Made by a program: the position numbers and the translations under genes. This document shows, piece by piece, positions 38,626-64,000 of a DNA stretch of 64,000 nucleotides. The stretch lies in NCBI RefSeq assembly GCF_009914755.1, contig NC_060941.1; one strand, given 5' to 3'. The notes below the pieces were generated by a model, which was not told the origin of the DNA, ran no database searches, and worked only from the letters and a program-made list of their open reading frames with translations. Position 1 is the stretch's first letter. Every line of letters starts with the position of its first letter. This stretch comes from the human T2T-CHM13v2.0 reference genome, Homo sapiens.

Positions 38626-39213
38626 CAGAGCAGGGAGGGCTTGTGAGCCAGCTCTGTCCCTACCTCAGACCCCAGGTGCCAGGAATGGCCCTTGGGGAGT
38701 CTCCCTGAAGCTCTGGGAGTGGGGCCCCCTTGTGCCCATGTTTTATCATCCGTAAAAGTGAGGTGCCTGGAGGAGAAGTGCCAAAGCTGTCCTGCTGGCT
38801 CAGGCACTGAGTCTCATGGCACCAGATGCTGGCCTCCCTTCACCAATCTGCCAATGACTCTCCATCTTTTCCTAAACCCTGATGCCTCTTGTGATGCCCT
38901 GCCTCCTGCTCCTTCAATCCCAAGCTCCTCACCTGGCATTCAAGGCCCTTGCAATCCACCACCTCCACCTGCCCCTACAAACAGCCCCCATTCTCATCCT
39001 TTGTCATCCCCTTCACTCTAAACAAACCCAGGGCTTCAGCCACAGCAAGGGGCCACACCAAACTCTCATTTCAACCCCAGACTTTTGCACACGTGGTTCC
39101 TCTGCCTGGTGTTCTCCTCTTTCTGCTCCCAGGAGACTCCTATTCATCCATCAAAGACCAGCTCAGAAGGTACCTCTTCTGGTTTAGACACTGGGCACCT
39201 TAGGTGGGACTTA

Positions 39214-39527
<314 letters not shown>

Positions 39528-40148
39528 CTACAGGTGCCCACCACCATGTCTGGCTAATTATTTGTATTTTTAGTAGAGATGGGTTTTCACCATGTTACCA
39601 AGGCTGGTCTTGAATTCCTGGACTCAAGCGATCCTCCTGCCTGAGATTGCGCCATTGCACTCCAGCCTGGGTGACAGAGCGAGTCTCCTTCTCAAAAAAA
39701 AAAAAAAAAAAAAAAGAGAATTGTAAATAAATCTCTACCTTTCCTTAGTGGGTTTGTTATGAGCAGTGTTATCGGTGTAGCAATTCTGAAACTGTTTTGC
39801 AAGTGTTGCAGGATAGCGCACAAATGGACAAGCACAGCTGTATTGTTTGGAACCAGGGTTCTCCCTGGGAAAGAAGGGAGACACAGACGTGGAAGGAAAA
39901 CCAGGCAGAGCCCTGTGGTGTTGCATGGACACTGGATGAATCAGTGTGAAGTCACATTGTTTTTTTTCTGTAAAGAAGTTTTTCTTCCTTCATTTATATT
40001 AATATGGACTCATGGTTTCATATTTTAGCCAGTGGATTATAATCCATTACTATTACATTTATTTTGATGCTTAAAATGCCCCTGATTAGGCCAGTGGGGT
40101 CTCCTTCAAGCTGTCTCCTTATCCTTTTGACATGGACCCATCATTCTA

Positions 40149-40418
<270 letters not shown>

Positions 40419-40809
40419 CTACTCAAAGACCCCTGCCTTCTGGCTGCCCCCGACCCCAAGGGTGACAGGATGTTATAAGGCCCCTCTTTCCGGCTCTGTT
40501 GCAGTTGAGGTTTCAAAGCCTCAGAATGATGCAATGGAGGGGTTGGGATCGGCCCCCGCCTCAGTTCTGAGGTGCTTCTAGCCATATGAGGGGAGGAGGA
40601 CTTCCCCTTATGAAGCTGAATGGGTGTCCCCTGGGGCGGTGGGACAGATGCCGGGTTTATTTTTATGTGTTTTAGAAGTATTTATTCTCTGCCAAGTCCT
40701 TTACAAAGAGGTAAGTGACCAATAGTTGGTAGGTGGCAGGGCTGGGGTTCAAACCCAGGCAGGCCTGAGGGCCAAACCATGCCTACAACTCCTTCGCCGC
40801 ATGGCCTCA

Positions 40810-41646
<837 letters not shown>

Positions 41647-41679
41647 TCAAAAAAAAAAAAAAAACAAAAAAACAACAAA

Positions 41680-41950
41680 ATAAGGAGTTTTGGAAACCAA
41701 GGTTTTATTATGCAGATGAAGCCTCCAGGTAGCTGGCTTCAGAGAGAATATAGTGTAAATGTTTCTTATCAGACTGAAAGAGTCCGTTCTAACAGTAATT
41801 CCAAAAGCGAGGAGGTTATAACAAGGCATGTCCAGCTCCCCCTTCCCATCATATCCTGAACTCATTTTCAGGTTAACTTTGGAATGCCCTTGCCGAGAGA
41901 AGGAGTCCATTTGGATGGTTAAGGGGCTTAGGATTTTGGTTTTGGTTTAT
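41680..41950 (-). mobile_element. MER4-group ERV1 LTR fragment
   Basis: Ends ...ggatggttaaggggcttaggattttggttttggtttat, the reverse of the MER4-type 5' end. Confidence 0.6.
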
Positions 41951-43648
41951 GGAGGTCCCTCAAAAGCTGCTCACAGGAGGAAAACTCATCACTGGCCACA
42001 GGCCACACCAGGCCAGGGCAGACCCAGCCACTGTCTCAGTGCTGAAACCCTAACCCCCTGTGATCAGCTGAGTAACAGCCCCGAAGACATCCAGGTCCTG
42101 ATCTCAAGAACTTGGAACGTTCCCTTATATGACAAGAGGGACTTTGCCGGTGCGATTATGTTAAGGGTCGTGAGATTGGATGGAAACTGCAATTTCAATG
42201 CAGTTTGAGTTCTGTAATTAGTAGACTGGGCTAGACTACTGGACCCTGGAACACTCCAAACAGGCTGATTGGGGAACTTTTTATCATCAGAGATTGGCTG
42301 AAACACCTGAGAGAACTCCCTGAAAAAAAATTTTTTTGAGACAGAGTTTTGCTTTTGTTGCCTGAACTAGAGTGCAGTGGCATGATCTCAGCTCACTGCA
42401 ACCTCCGCCTCCCTGTGTCTACTTGAAATACAAAAATTGGCCAGGCATGGTGGCGCACGCCTGTAGTCCCAGCTACTTGGAAATAGAATCACTTGAACCT
42501 GGGAGGTGGAGATTGCAGTGAGCAGAGATCGTGCCACTGCACTCCAGCCTGGGTGACAGAGGGAGACTCTGTCTCAGAAAAAAAAAAAAAAAAAGAAAGA
42601 AAGAAAGAAAAGAAAATGAAGAAACAGGCCAGGCATGGTGGCTCACACCTGTAATCCCAGCACTTTGGGAAGCTGGAGCAGGAGGAATGCTTGAACCCAG
42701 GAGTTCAAGACCAGCCTGGACAACATAGTGAGAACCCATCTCTACAAAAATAAACAACAACAAAAATAGGCCAGGCATGGTGGCTCTCACCTGTAATCCC
42801 AGCTACTCAGGAGGCTGAGGTGGGAGGATCGTTTCGGTCCTGGATTTCAAGGTGATAGTGAGCTATGATCACACCATTGTACTCCTGCCTCTGAGGACAG
42901 AGCGAGACTTTGTCTGGAAAAAAAAAAAGAAAATGCAAATGAAGAAACATGGATTCATGAACATCTATGAATATTTGGTTTAAAAAGGTGAGGCCATGGT
43001 GTTTGCACTGAGATCATGGCCCCTCTTGCCCTTCCTCTCAGCTCAGTGAGGCTGAGACTCCACTCTGGACAGCTGCAGCCAAGAACATGGGGTCCCCTGC
43101 TGCCTCCAGACCAGGGAAACAGGGCTCCCTCTGCCCCCAGCTCCCAGTGGGAGGGCTTGCCTCCCACGAAGAACAGGACATCCATTTCCTATTCTACCCC
43201 CAGCCACCTGTTGCTGAGACTAAGTCCTGGATGAGTGTAGCCAAGAGTTGGGGGCCCCCTTCTTGCACCCAGCCCCACTCAAGGAACAGAGGCTCTGCCT
43301 TGGGTGCAGTGTGCTGCGAGTGCTGGGGTCCTGATCACTCCGGCCCTGGCTCATGTGGAAGTAGCTCGACAACAGGAGAGGCAAACTTTGAGGACCTCGG
43401 CCATTGTCCCCACTCCCACCAAGTCCTCAGCCCCTAGCGCAGGGTGTCACTCAGAGAGAAGCTTTCCAAAGTCTCCACCCCCAGCTCCAGGGCCCTGGCT
43501 CAGAGAGATTTTTGTCTAATGAAGAAACAGGCCATAAAAAAGAGACTTCCTAATCTCTTCCCAAAGCAACTGACCTCATTTGCTACAGAGAACGAAGGAA
43601 TTCAAGGCAAAAGTTGCTTTTGTTTTGATTTTGGTTAGGTTTGTTTGA

Positions 43649-43777
<129 letters not shown>

Positions 43778-43784
43778 TAAGTAG

Positions 43785-43913
<129 letters not shown>

Positions 43914-43919
43914 TGAGAA

Positions 43920-46435
<2,516 letters not shown>

Positions 46436-46666
46436 GCCATGCCTGCTGTCTTGATGACCCCTGCCCCTGTCTGCCCCCCTGTCCTTGCTGGTGCCTGAGC
46501 TCCATTGGAGCGGACTCATTGCTGGCTCCCGGCACTACCAAGCTGGGACCTGGAATATCTTGGTGCCGCTAGAGTGAAAAGACTCATTAATCACGGTCAG
46601 TCAGATCCTTCCAGGGCTAAGAGACCAGCCAGGGTGGCCTCAGCTTCTCCCTAACTTTGGATCCTA

Positions 46667-47085
<419 letters not shown>

Positions 47086-47392
47086 TCACAGTTCAGGAAC
47101 CACTCCCACAGCCCCAAGAGCCTCCCTAACCCCACCAAGTCCACCTTTGACCTCTTCTCTGAGCTCCAAATGCCTCTTGGGCGCCATCCCCTGGACGTTT
47201 CTCAGATGTATAACAGCCCAGATAAAACTCATCATTGCCGGGCGTGGTCGCTCACCCGGCACCCGTGACAAATAAAATGTTTTTTTAAAGTATCTATAGG
47301 CTGGGCATGGTGGCTCACGCCTGTAATCCCCGCACTTTGGGAGGCCAAGGTGGGCAGATCACGAGGTCAGGAGATCGAGACTATCCTGGCTA

Positions 47393-47890
<498 letters not shown>

Positions 47891-48458
47891 TCAAAAAATA
47901 AAAATATATATTTGTGGTTAGGCATGGTGACTCAGGCTTACACCTGTAATCCTAGAACTTTGGGAGGCCGAGGTAGGAGGATTGCTTGAGGCCAGGAGTT
48001 CAAGACTAGCCTGGGCAACATAGCAAGATCCCATCTCTACAGAAAAGTAAATTTTTAAAAATTATGACATTTTGAGCTGCATGATGAAAAAAATTTAAAA
48101 AGAAAGAAAGAAGGGCCGGGCGCGGTGGCTCACGCCTGTAATCCCAGCACTTTGGGAGGTCGAGGTGGGCGGATCATGAGGTCAGGAGATCAAGACCATC
48201 CTGGCTAACGCGGTGAAACCCCATCTCTACTAAAAATACAAAAAATTAGCTGGGCATGGTGGTGGGTGCCTGCAGTCCCAGCTACTCAGGAGGCTGAGGC
48301 AGGAGAATGGCGTGAACCATTCTCCATTCTCGGAGCTTGCAGTGAGCCGAGATTGTGCCATTGTACTCCAGCCTGGGCGACAGAGCAAGACTCCGTCACA
48401 AAAAAAAAAAAAAGAAAGAAAGAAAGAAAGAAAGAAAGAAAATTGGCCACGTGTGTTA

Positions 48459-48614
<156 letters not shown>

Positions 48615-48619
48615 TCATT

Positions 48620-49793
<1,174 letters not shown>

Positions 49794-49897
49794 TGATCCA
49801 CCTGTCTCAGCCTCCCAAAGTGCTGGGATTACAGGCATGAGTCACCACACCCAGTCTATTTTTTTTTAAGTTTTTTGGTTTTTGTGTTTTTTTTTGA

Positions 49898-50095
<198 letters not shown>

Positions 50096-50169
50096 TGACG
50101 AACTCCTGACCTCAGGTGATCCACCCGCCTCAGCCTTCCAAAGAGGTTAGATTACACGCATGAGCCACC

Positions 50170-50825
<656 letters not shown>

Positions 50826-51029
50826 TCAAACTGTTGAAGCCTCGAAGGGGGATCCTTCCTTGACTCCTCCGGCGTCTGGAGGCTACTGGCCATCCTGGTG
50901 TTACTCAAACACCAGGGGTTCCATCTAGGGCCTGCCACTCACCTCACAGAAAGCCAATCAGTGAGACAACGATTCTTGCCAAGGAAGAAGGCTTTAATCA
51001 GGTGCTGCAGCTGAGGGGATGGGAGGGCT

Positions 51030-52810
<1,781 letters not shown>

Positions 52811-53139
52811 AATACCATCCCCCCTAAAAAAAAAATTGTTTTTAAGAGTCAAGATCTCACTCTGTCTCCCAGGCTGGGGTGCAGTGGGGTAACTGATCAG
52901 AGCTCACTGCAGCTTTGAACTCAGCCAGCTTCCCTGACTCAAACGATCATCCCGCTTCAGCCTCCCGAGTAGCTGGGACTACAGACGGTGCCATCACGCC
53001 CAGCTCATTGTTGATTCCCGCCCCCTTGGTAGAGACGGGATTCCGCTATATTGCCTGGGCTGGTGTCGAACTCATAGAACAAAGGATCCTCCCTCCTGGG
53101 CCTGGGCGTGGGCTCGCAAAACGCTGGGATTCCCGGATT

Positions 53140-53230
53140 ACAGGCGGGCGCACCACACCAGGAGCAAACACTTCCGGTTTTAAAAATTCAGTTTGTGATT
53201 GGCTGTCATTCAGTATTATGCTAATTAAGC
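53140..53230 (+). promoter_or_regulatory. U3 distal sequence element
   Basis: GC box ggcgggcg, ETS-type cacttccgg (53169-53177), inverted CCAAT (attgg 53198-53202), octamer variant atgctaat (53218-53225, about -225). Confidence 0.75.
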
Positions 53231-53381
53231 ATGCCCGGTTTTAAACCTCTTAAAACAACTTTTAAAATTACCTTTCCACCTAAAACGTTAAAATTTGTCA
53301 AGTGATAATATTCGACAAGCTGTTATTGCCAAACTATTTTCCTATTTGTTTCCTAATGGCATCGGAACTAGCGAAAGTTTC

Positions 53382-53401
53382 TCGCCATCAGTTAAAAGTT
53401 T
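53382..53401 (+). promoter_or_regulatory. Proximal sequence element (PSE) of a Pol II snRNA-type promoter
   Basis: tcgccatcagttaaaagttt at -62 to -43 from the U3 start; no TATA box. Confidence 0.85.
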
Positions 53402-53443
53402 GCGGCAGATGTAGACCTAGCAGAGGTGTGCGAGGAGGCCGTT

Positions 53444-53660
53444 AAGACTATACTTTCAGGGATCATTTCTATAGTGTGTTACTAGAGAAGTTTCTCTGAA
53501 CGTGTAGAGCACCGAAAACCACGAGGAAGAGAGGTAGCGTTTTCTCCTGAGCGTGAAGCCGGCTTTCTGGCGTTGCTTGGCTGCAACTGCCGTCAGCCAT
53601 TGATGATCGTTCTTCTCTCCGTATTGGGGAGTGAGAGGGAGAGAACGCGGTCTGAGTGGT
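53444..53660 (+). ncRNA. SNORD3: U3 box C/D snoRNA (SNORD3 family; position next to GRAPL suggests the SNORD3D-type locus)
   Basis: 217 nt aagactatactttcagggatcatttct...ggtctgagtggt with GAC/A'/A boxes, C' gaggaaga, B tgagcgtgaagc, C tgatga and D ctga all intact. Confidence 0.98.
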
Positions 53661-53671
53661 TTTTCCTTCTT

Positions 53672-53688
53672 GATGGCTCAATGACAGA
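53672..53688 (+). terminator. Putative snRNA-type 3' box
   Basis: ...ggctcaatgacaga 12-28 nt past the mature end; loose match to GTTTN0-4AAARNNAGA. Confidence 0.35.
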
Positions 53689-54741
53689 GACTAGCTCGTA
53701 AACTCCGGGCCGTTTCCGGGCTGTTCGCTCCTGCTTGGCAATGTCGCGAGAAAGGTTTTCGCCTCCTGTTTCAGCGGTGACGGCTCTTGGGTTTTCTCGG
53801 GGTGGCTTTTTAATTTTAGTCTTGGCGCGAGGCGGGGGATGCTGTGTGGCACCTCCTATTGTCTCTTTTTGCGTTTTCTCCCATTCTCGCTCCCTCTTTT
53901 GTCGCCGTTTCCCGCCCGCCACTCCCACCCCCAGACGGGGTCTCCGGGTCTCTTGTTCTGTCTGCCGGCCCCGGCTGGAGTGCAGTGGCGCGATCTCGGC
54001 TCCTAGCAACAACTGCCTCCCGGGCTCAAGCGAGTCTCCCGCCTAAGCCCTCCCGAGTAGCCGGGGCTTAAAGGCGCACACGCCACTCCAGGCTTTTTTT
54101 TTTTGGCAGAAACGGGGTGTCAGCATGTTAGCCAGGCTGGTCTCCAACGCGTGATCTCAGGTGATCCGCCCGCCTCGGCCTCCCGAAGTTCTGGGATTAC
54201 AGGCGTGAGCCACTGCACCCGGCCCTTCTATTTTTTTAAATAGCGACGGGGTTTCACCATGTTGGCCAGGCTGCTCCTGAACACCTGAGTTCAGGTGATC
54301 CGCCCGCCTCGGCCTCCCGAAGTTCTGGGATTACAGGAGTGAGCCACCGCGCCCGACTGAGAACTGTAAGAAATAAATTTGTGTTATTTAAGCCACAAAG
54401 TCTGTGTATTTTGTTATGGAGCCCAAGAAAAGCAGCTTCTTCTGAAACTAAACACTTTCGGTATGATCAGAACTCGTGCCTCTTGGTGTCTACCCAAATG
54501 AGTTGAAAATGTCCACACAAAAACCTGCACACCTGTTTATATAGCAGCTTTATCCATAATTCCCAAAACTTGGAACTAAGATGTTCCTGAATAGAGCCAG
54601 CGGCTGTGGCTTGTGTCTGTAATCCCTGCTACTTGGGCAGCTGAGGCAGACAGTCAGTCACTTGAGATAAGCAGTTTGAGACCAGTCTGGGCAACAGAGT
54701 GAGACCCCATCTCTATAAAAAGTACTTTTAGGGCCGGGTGC

Positions 54742-55310
54742 GGGTGCGCCGCTGCGGCCACCGGCAGCGCTCGAGAGGCGGGAGCGACCGTAGCCCGCGG
54801 AGCCGCCGCCACCGCCGCGTCTGGCTCAGTTTGACACCCACACACCAGCCAACATGGCGGCCGGGAGGGGGCGCGCCGGAGGCGTGCGCGCGCCCTCAGG
54901 CCCCGCCCCCGAGGTCCCGCCCCCACGCCCGCAGACCGCGCCCCTGCGACCCCGCCAGAGCCCCTCCCTAGTGGCCCCTGCGCGGCTTCCCCTCCGCCTC
55001 CTGCGCTCCAGGACCCCACGCGGACGACCCACCCTTCCGCAGCGCCCCACAGTCGACGCCCGAGCCCCCAAAAAACCCCCAATCCCGAGCGCCACACAAA
55101 CCCTGGCAAATTAATACCCGAACGCGCGCACTCTAATCCCCTTCAGGCCACTCCACCCCGTACACACTCACGGCCCCCCCACACTCACGGCCGGGCAGCA
55201 CGCGCAGACCCCGCCCCGTCAAGCAGAAACTCACGCTCCGGCCTGCCGGTTTCACTCAAAAACCTTGTTCAGTAGGAGAGACTGGAAGGGGGCCAGGGCC
55301 TGCCGGGCGC
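54742..55310 (-). promoter_or_regulatory. CpG-island promoter plus truncated non-coding first exon (EPN2-like by recall)
   Basis: YY1 site aacatggcggc 54851-54861, NRF1-like gcgtgcgcgcg, GC boxes; abruptly fused to an Alu head at ~54742 with no splice donor seen before the junction. Confidence 0.6.
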
Positions 55311-56573
55311 TGGTAGGGTTGGGTTCTTAGGCTACAAGTGTGTTCACTTTATGAAGATGCGCGGAAGTACACTTTGGATTTGTGCGCTTTTCCGTGCGTG
55401 TATTTCACGTCAATAAAATATACTCAAAAACGGAGAAGTCTCTAGGCTTCTTTAGGCTGCTCAAGGGGTTACCTAAGGGCACGAATGGCAAGGGGTTACC
55501 TACATGGCACGAAAACGGAAACCCTTGACTGGCGGGCACCCACAAAGCACCTCCTCTGTGCCAAGCCCTGTGCTGGGCACAGAAATGAGACAGCCCCAAA
55601 TGCCTCGAATGAGAGTCCCGGAACTGGAGGGGCCAGAACTGGAGGCTGCACCTCAAAGCTGACTAACCTGCTCCAATCAGGGTGGGAGTCAGCAGAGACT
55701 TCTCACAGCAGGGGCGCGGAGCATGAGTCAGGGCTTGCTAGGTGGGCAGAGGGCACCATCCCTGTTGCCTGGGTGACATCAACACTCTGCCTAGCCTTGG
55801 CTTCAGGGAAGCTGTGGCCAGAAGTCTTCCTCTGCCCTAACTCACTGAGGGACCTTAAACAAGTCACTGTACTTCTCTGAGCCTCAGATTCCTCCTCCCT
55901 GTACAGGAACCAGGGGATGAAAGTATCCCTTAAGGTTCTAACAACCCAGGATCTGGAATTCCATTCTCTGGCAAAAAAAAAAAGGTTGTATCTTTCCAGG
56001 AATTCATCTATTTATTGTAAGTTTTTTAGTGTGTGTGCATAGACGTGTTCATAATAGTTTTTGAGGGCTTTTTTGTGTTTGTATGGGGTCGGTGGTAATG
56101 TCCTCTTTGCCCTTTCTGATTATGTTTACTTGTATCTTCTCTTTTTTCTTTATTAGTCTAGCTAGTGATACAATAAATACGATAAAAATGGAGAGAGCTT
56201 GTAACACGTTTGCAAAACCACATAGCCACTTTTCCTTTGAAAAGTCAAACACTGGTAGCTCTAGATGCTAGAAACACTCTCCAGTTAACCACCCTTCCCA
56301 CTGCTTGGTGCCCCTTCTCCACCAGCAGAGGGAATTATGCCCTATGTGCCTGCCTTGCAGCAGAAGCCGGAGCTCCCCGTTTTGAACTTGGTCCACCCTC
56401 ATCCCAGAGAATGCCCTCAACCAGTCCAACATTCCTTGTGAGCCTCACCTCTTTACCCCATCTCCAAGGAAAGCAGAACTTTACACTGCAATCATGCTTC
56501 TGCCCTGAGTTTACAATGTCAGATGAGTTATAACACAGAGCTGATGCACAGCACGGGCGTGATGCTTCTAAAT

Positions 56574-57057
<484 letters not shown>

Positions 57058-58692
57058 TGATCCTCCCGCCTCAGCCTCCCAAAGTGTTGGGATTACAGGT
57101 GTGAGCCACCGTGCCCAGCAAGGTGCACATTCTTGCTGTTCACATTTTACAGACAAGAAATTGAGGTTTGGAGATATGCTGGGGCTTGGCCACCCAGGCC
57201 CACTTTTCCATATGCAGAGCCTAATACTCCCTTCACTACCCACCTAGCAAGTGTGTGTAGCCGCACAGATAATATGCAAGCCTGGAAAGAGAACTGGATA
57301 CAGATAATGAGATGATGAGCTAACCTACAGGACAGGAAGTGAGTTGGAGAACACCAGATTAGCCCAGGCTTGAGAAGTGGGGGAGGGTGTCCTGAGGCCG
57401 GAAGACCGCCACGTGCAAGGTCAGAGGGGACATTCTTGCATTCCTCAAAGTCATTTCTCTTTCCTGGACCCCCTCCTTGAAGCGTATCAGCCCCCTGGCA
57501 TTCCTCTCTCAATTCATCCTCATGATGATCCCTTGACGTCAGCAGCCCTATTCCTATTTTAGATGCGGAAACTGAGGCAGCATGTGGCAGGGCTAGGATT
57601 CAATTCCAGGTTCTATGAGTCTAGAGCACATAAGCAGTCTTGCAGAGGAACTTGCAGGATAAGCTGAACAATTTCATCCGTGCCCAAAGCAGTCCATGGA
57701 AAACAGGGCTGGAGGAGACACTCTCATCTGCCCTTGCAGAGGTTTGGAGGTTGGTTCCAGGTGGATAATGGAGCAGACTGATGGGGGCCGGTTGGAGAGG
57801 TGTATTTCAGAAGAAAGAGCTGGCAGTGCAGGCCAGGGGTGTCTCTGGGGTTAGGGAAGGAGGGTTTCAAGCAGGAAGGGACTTTGGGGGAAAGACTGGC
57901 AGGCAGCAGACAGGGACAGACTGCATGCTGAATGAAAAGAATCACTTAGCACAGGTGCAGAACAGGCTCCCCGGGATCTTCACCAAAGGCTTGAACTCTA
58001 TATTCAAAACTATTTGTCCCACAAAAAGAAACTTGTGTTGGCAATCCAGAAACACCTAATTTCTTGTCCACCGACTTGCTGCTTGACCATGACGTCACTG
58101 CCCCTCCCTGGACCTCAGTTTCCCCATCTGTGAAGTGGGAATAATAACCCCTCCCACTCCCTAGGATTGCATTCTGGCTCAGGTGAAAAGGCAGAGGAGG
58201 AAATGCTTTGGAAACTGTAAATGCACTGGATGGGTGTTGATGGCAGTTCTCTTATTAAGGACATTGAAAAGAATGGAGCCATCCTTTCCCTTCTAGGGGT
58301 TGAAAGTCTAGGACAGAGAAGTTTTGAGTTTGGGCAGCATGAACATGAGCAGAAACCAAATGCCACATAGACAATCAAGAGAAAGAGCTATGACAGCTCT
58401 CACAGGAGGAAGTTTCCTTCTAGCCCATGGGGAAGGAAGGACCTGTGCCAACATCCTGGAAGTGCAGGTGCTGGAGAAAGGAACTAGTAACAATGACAAC
58501 AAAGTAGTGAGCATTGTGCAAATGTTTTGCATGCAGTACCTCATTTCCTCCTCATAAAAAACCCTAAGAGGTAGAGACTACCGTTATCCTTATTTTACAG
58601 CTGAGGTTCAGAAAGCTTCCATTATTTGCCCAAGATAACACAGCTAAAAAGTGGTAACCCTGGAAAACCCAAGCCTAAACTCCAAAGCTAAA

Positions 58693-62820
<4,128 letters not shown>

Positions 62821-63033
62821 AACCCCATTTTGAAATGGTTTCCATTTAGCTTTTTTGATAGTTCCAAACTTTCATACTTTCAGTCTTCATTAAATCAATT
62901 AATAAACTGATCATTCTGCTTGGGATTTACATAATATCTTTCTTCCAGAGCTTTAATTATATTTCATAAGCAAATTTCAATGACCTTCATCATTTTTCCT
63001 CCCTAGAGCATAATGTGTAACTATAAAAATAGC

Positions 63034-64000
<967 letters not shown>

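Overview
Human (primate) genomic DNA, very rich in Alu, MIR and L2 repeats, identifiable as the 17p11.2 GRAP/GRAPL/U3 segmental-duplication cluster. The only solid protein-coding gene is GRAPL on the minus strand: four coding exons (38383-38460, 33341-33438, 27492-27614, 7701-7758; 357 nt = 118 aa) encoding the GRAP N-terminal SH3, only the first part of the SH2 domain, and an unrelated 18-aa tail. GRAP exons 4-5 are absent. An intact U3 snoRNA gene (53444-53660, +) has its DSE and PSE. The window is a three-block mosaic. Block A (1-17036) ends in a ~99.5%-identical inverted copy of 63034-64000+. Block B (17037-~54741) carries GRAP-type exons 1-3 and U3. Block C (54742-64000) begins with a truncated housekeeping-type CpG-island promoter (EPN2-like by recall) pointing through U3 towards GRAPL. 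Both junctions sit at Alu heads. This is a known locus, and I see no new enzymatic or defence system. The most interesting signals are structural: a probably invertible ~46-kb cassette, a gene assembled across a breakpoint, a possibly hijacked promoter, and the remnant arm of a lost second U3 copy.
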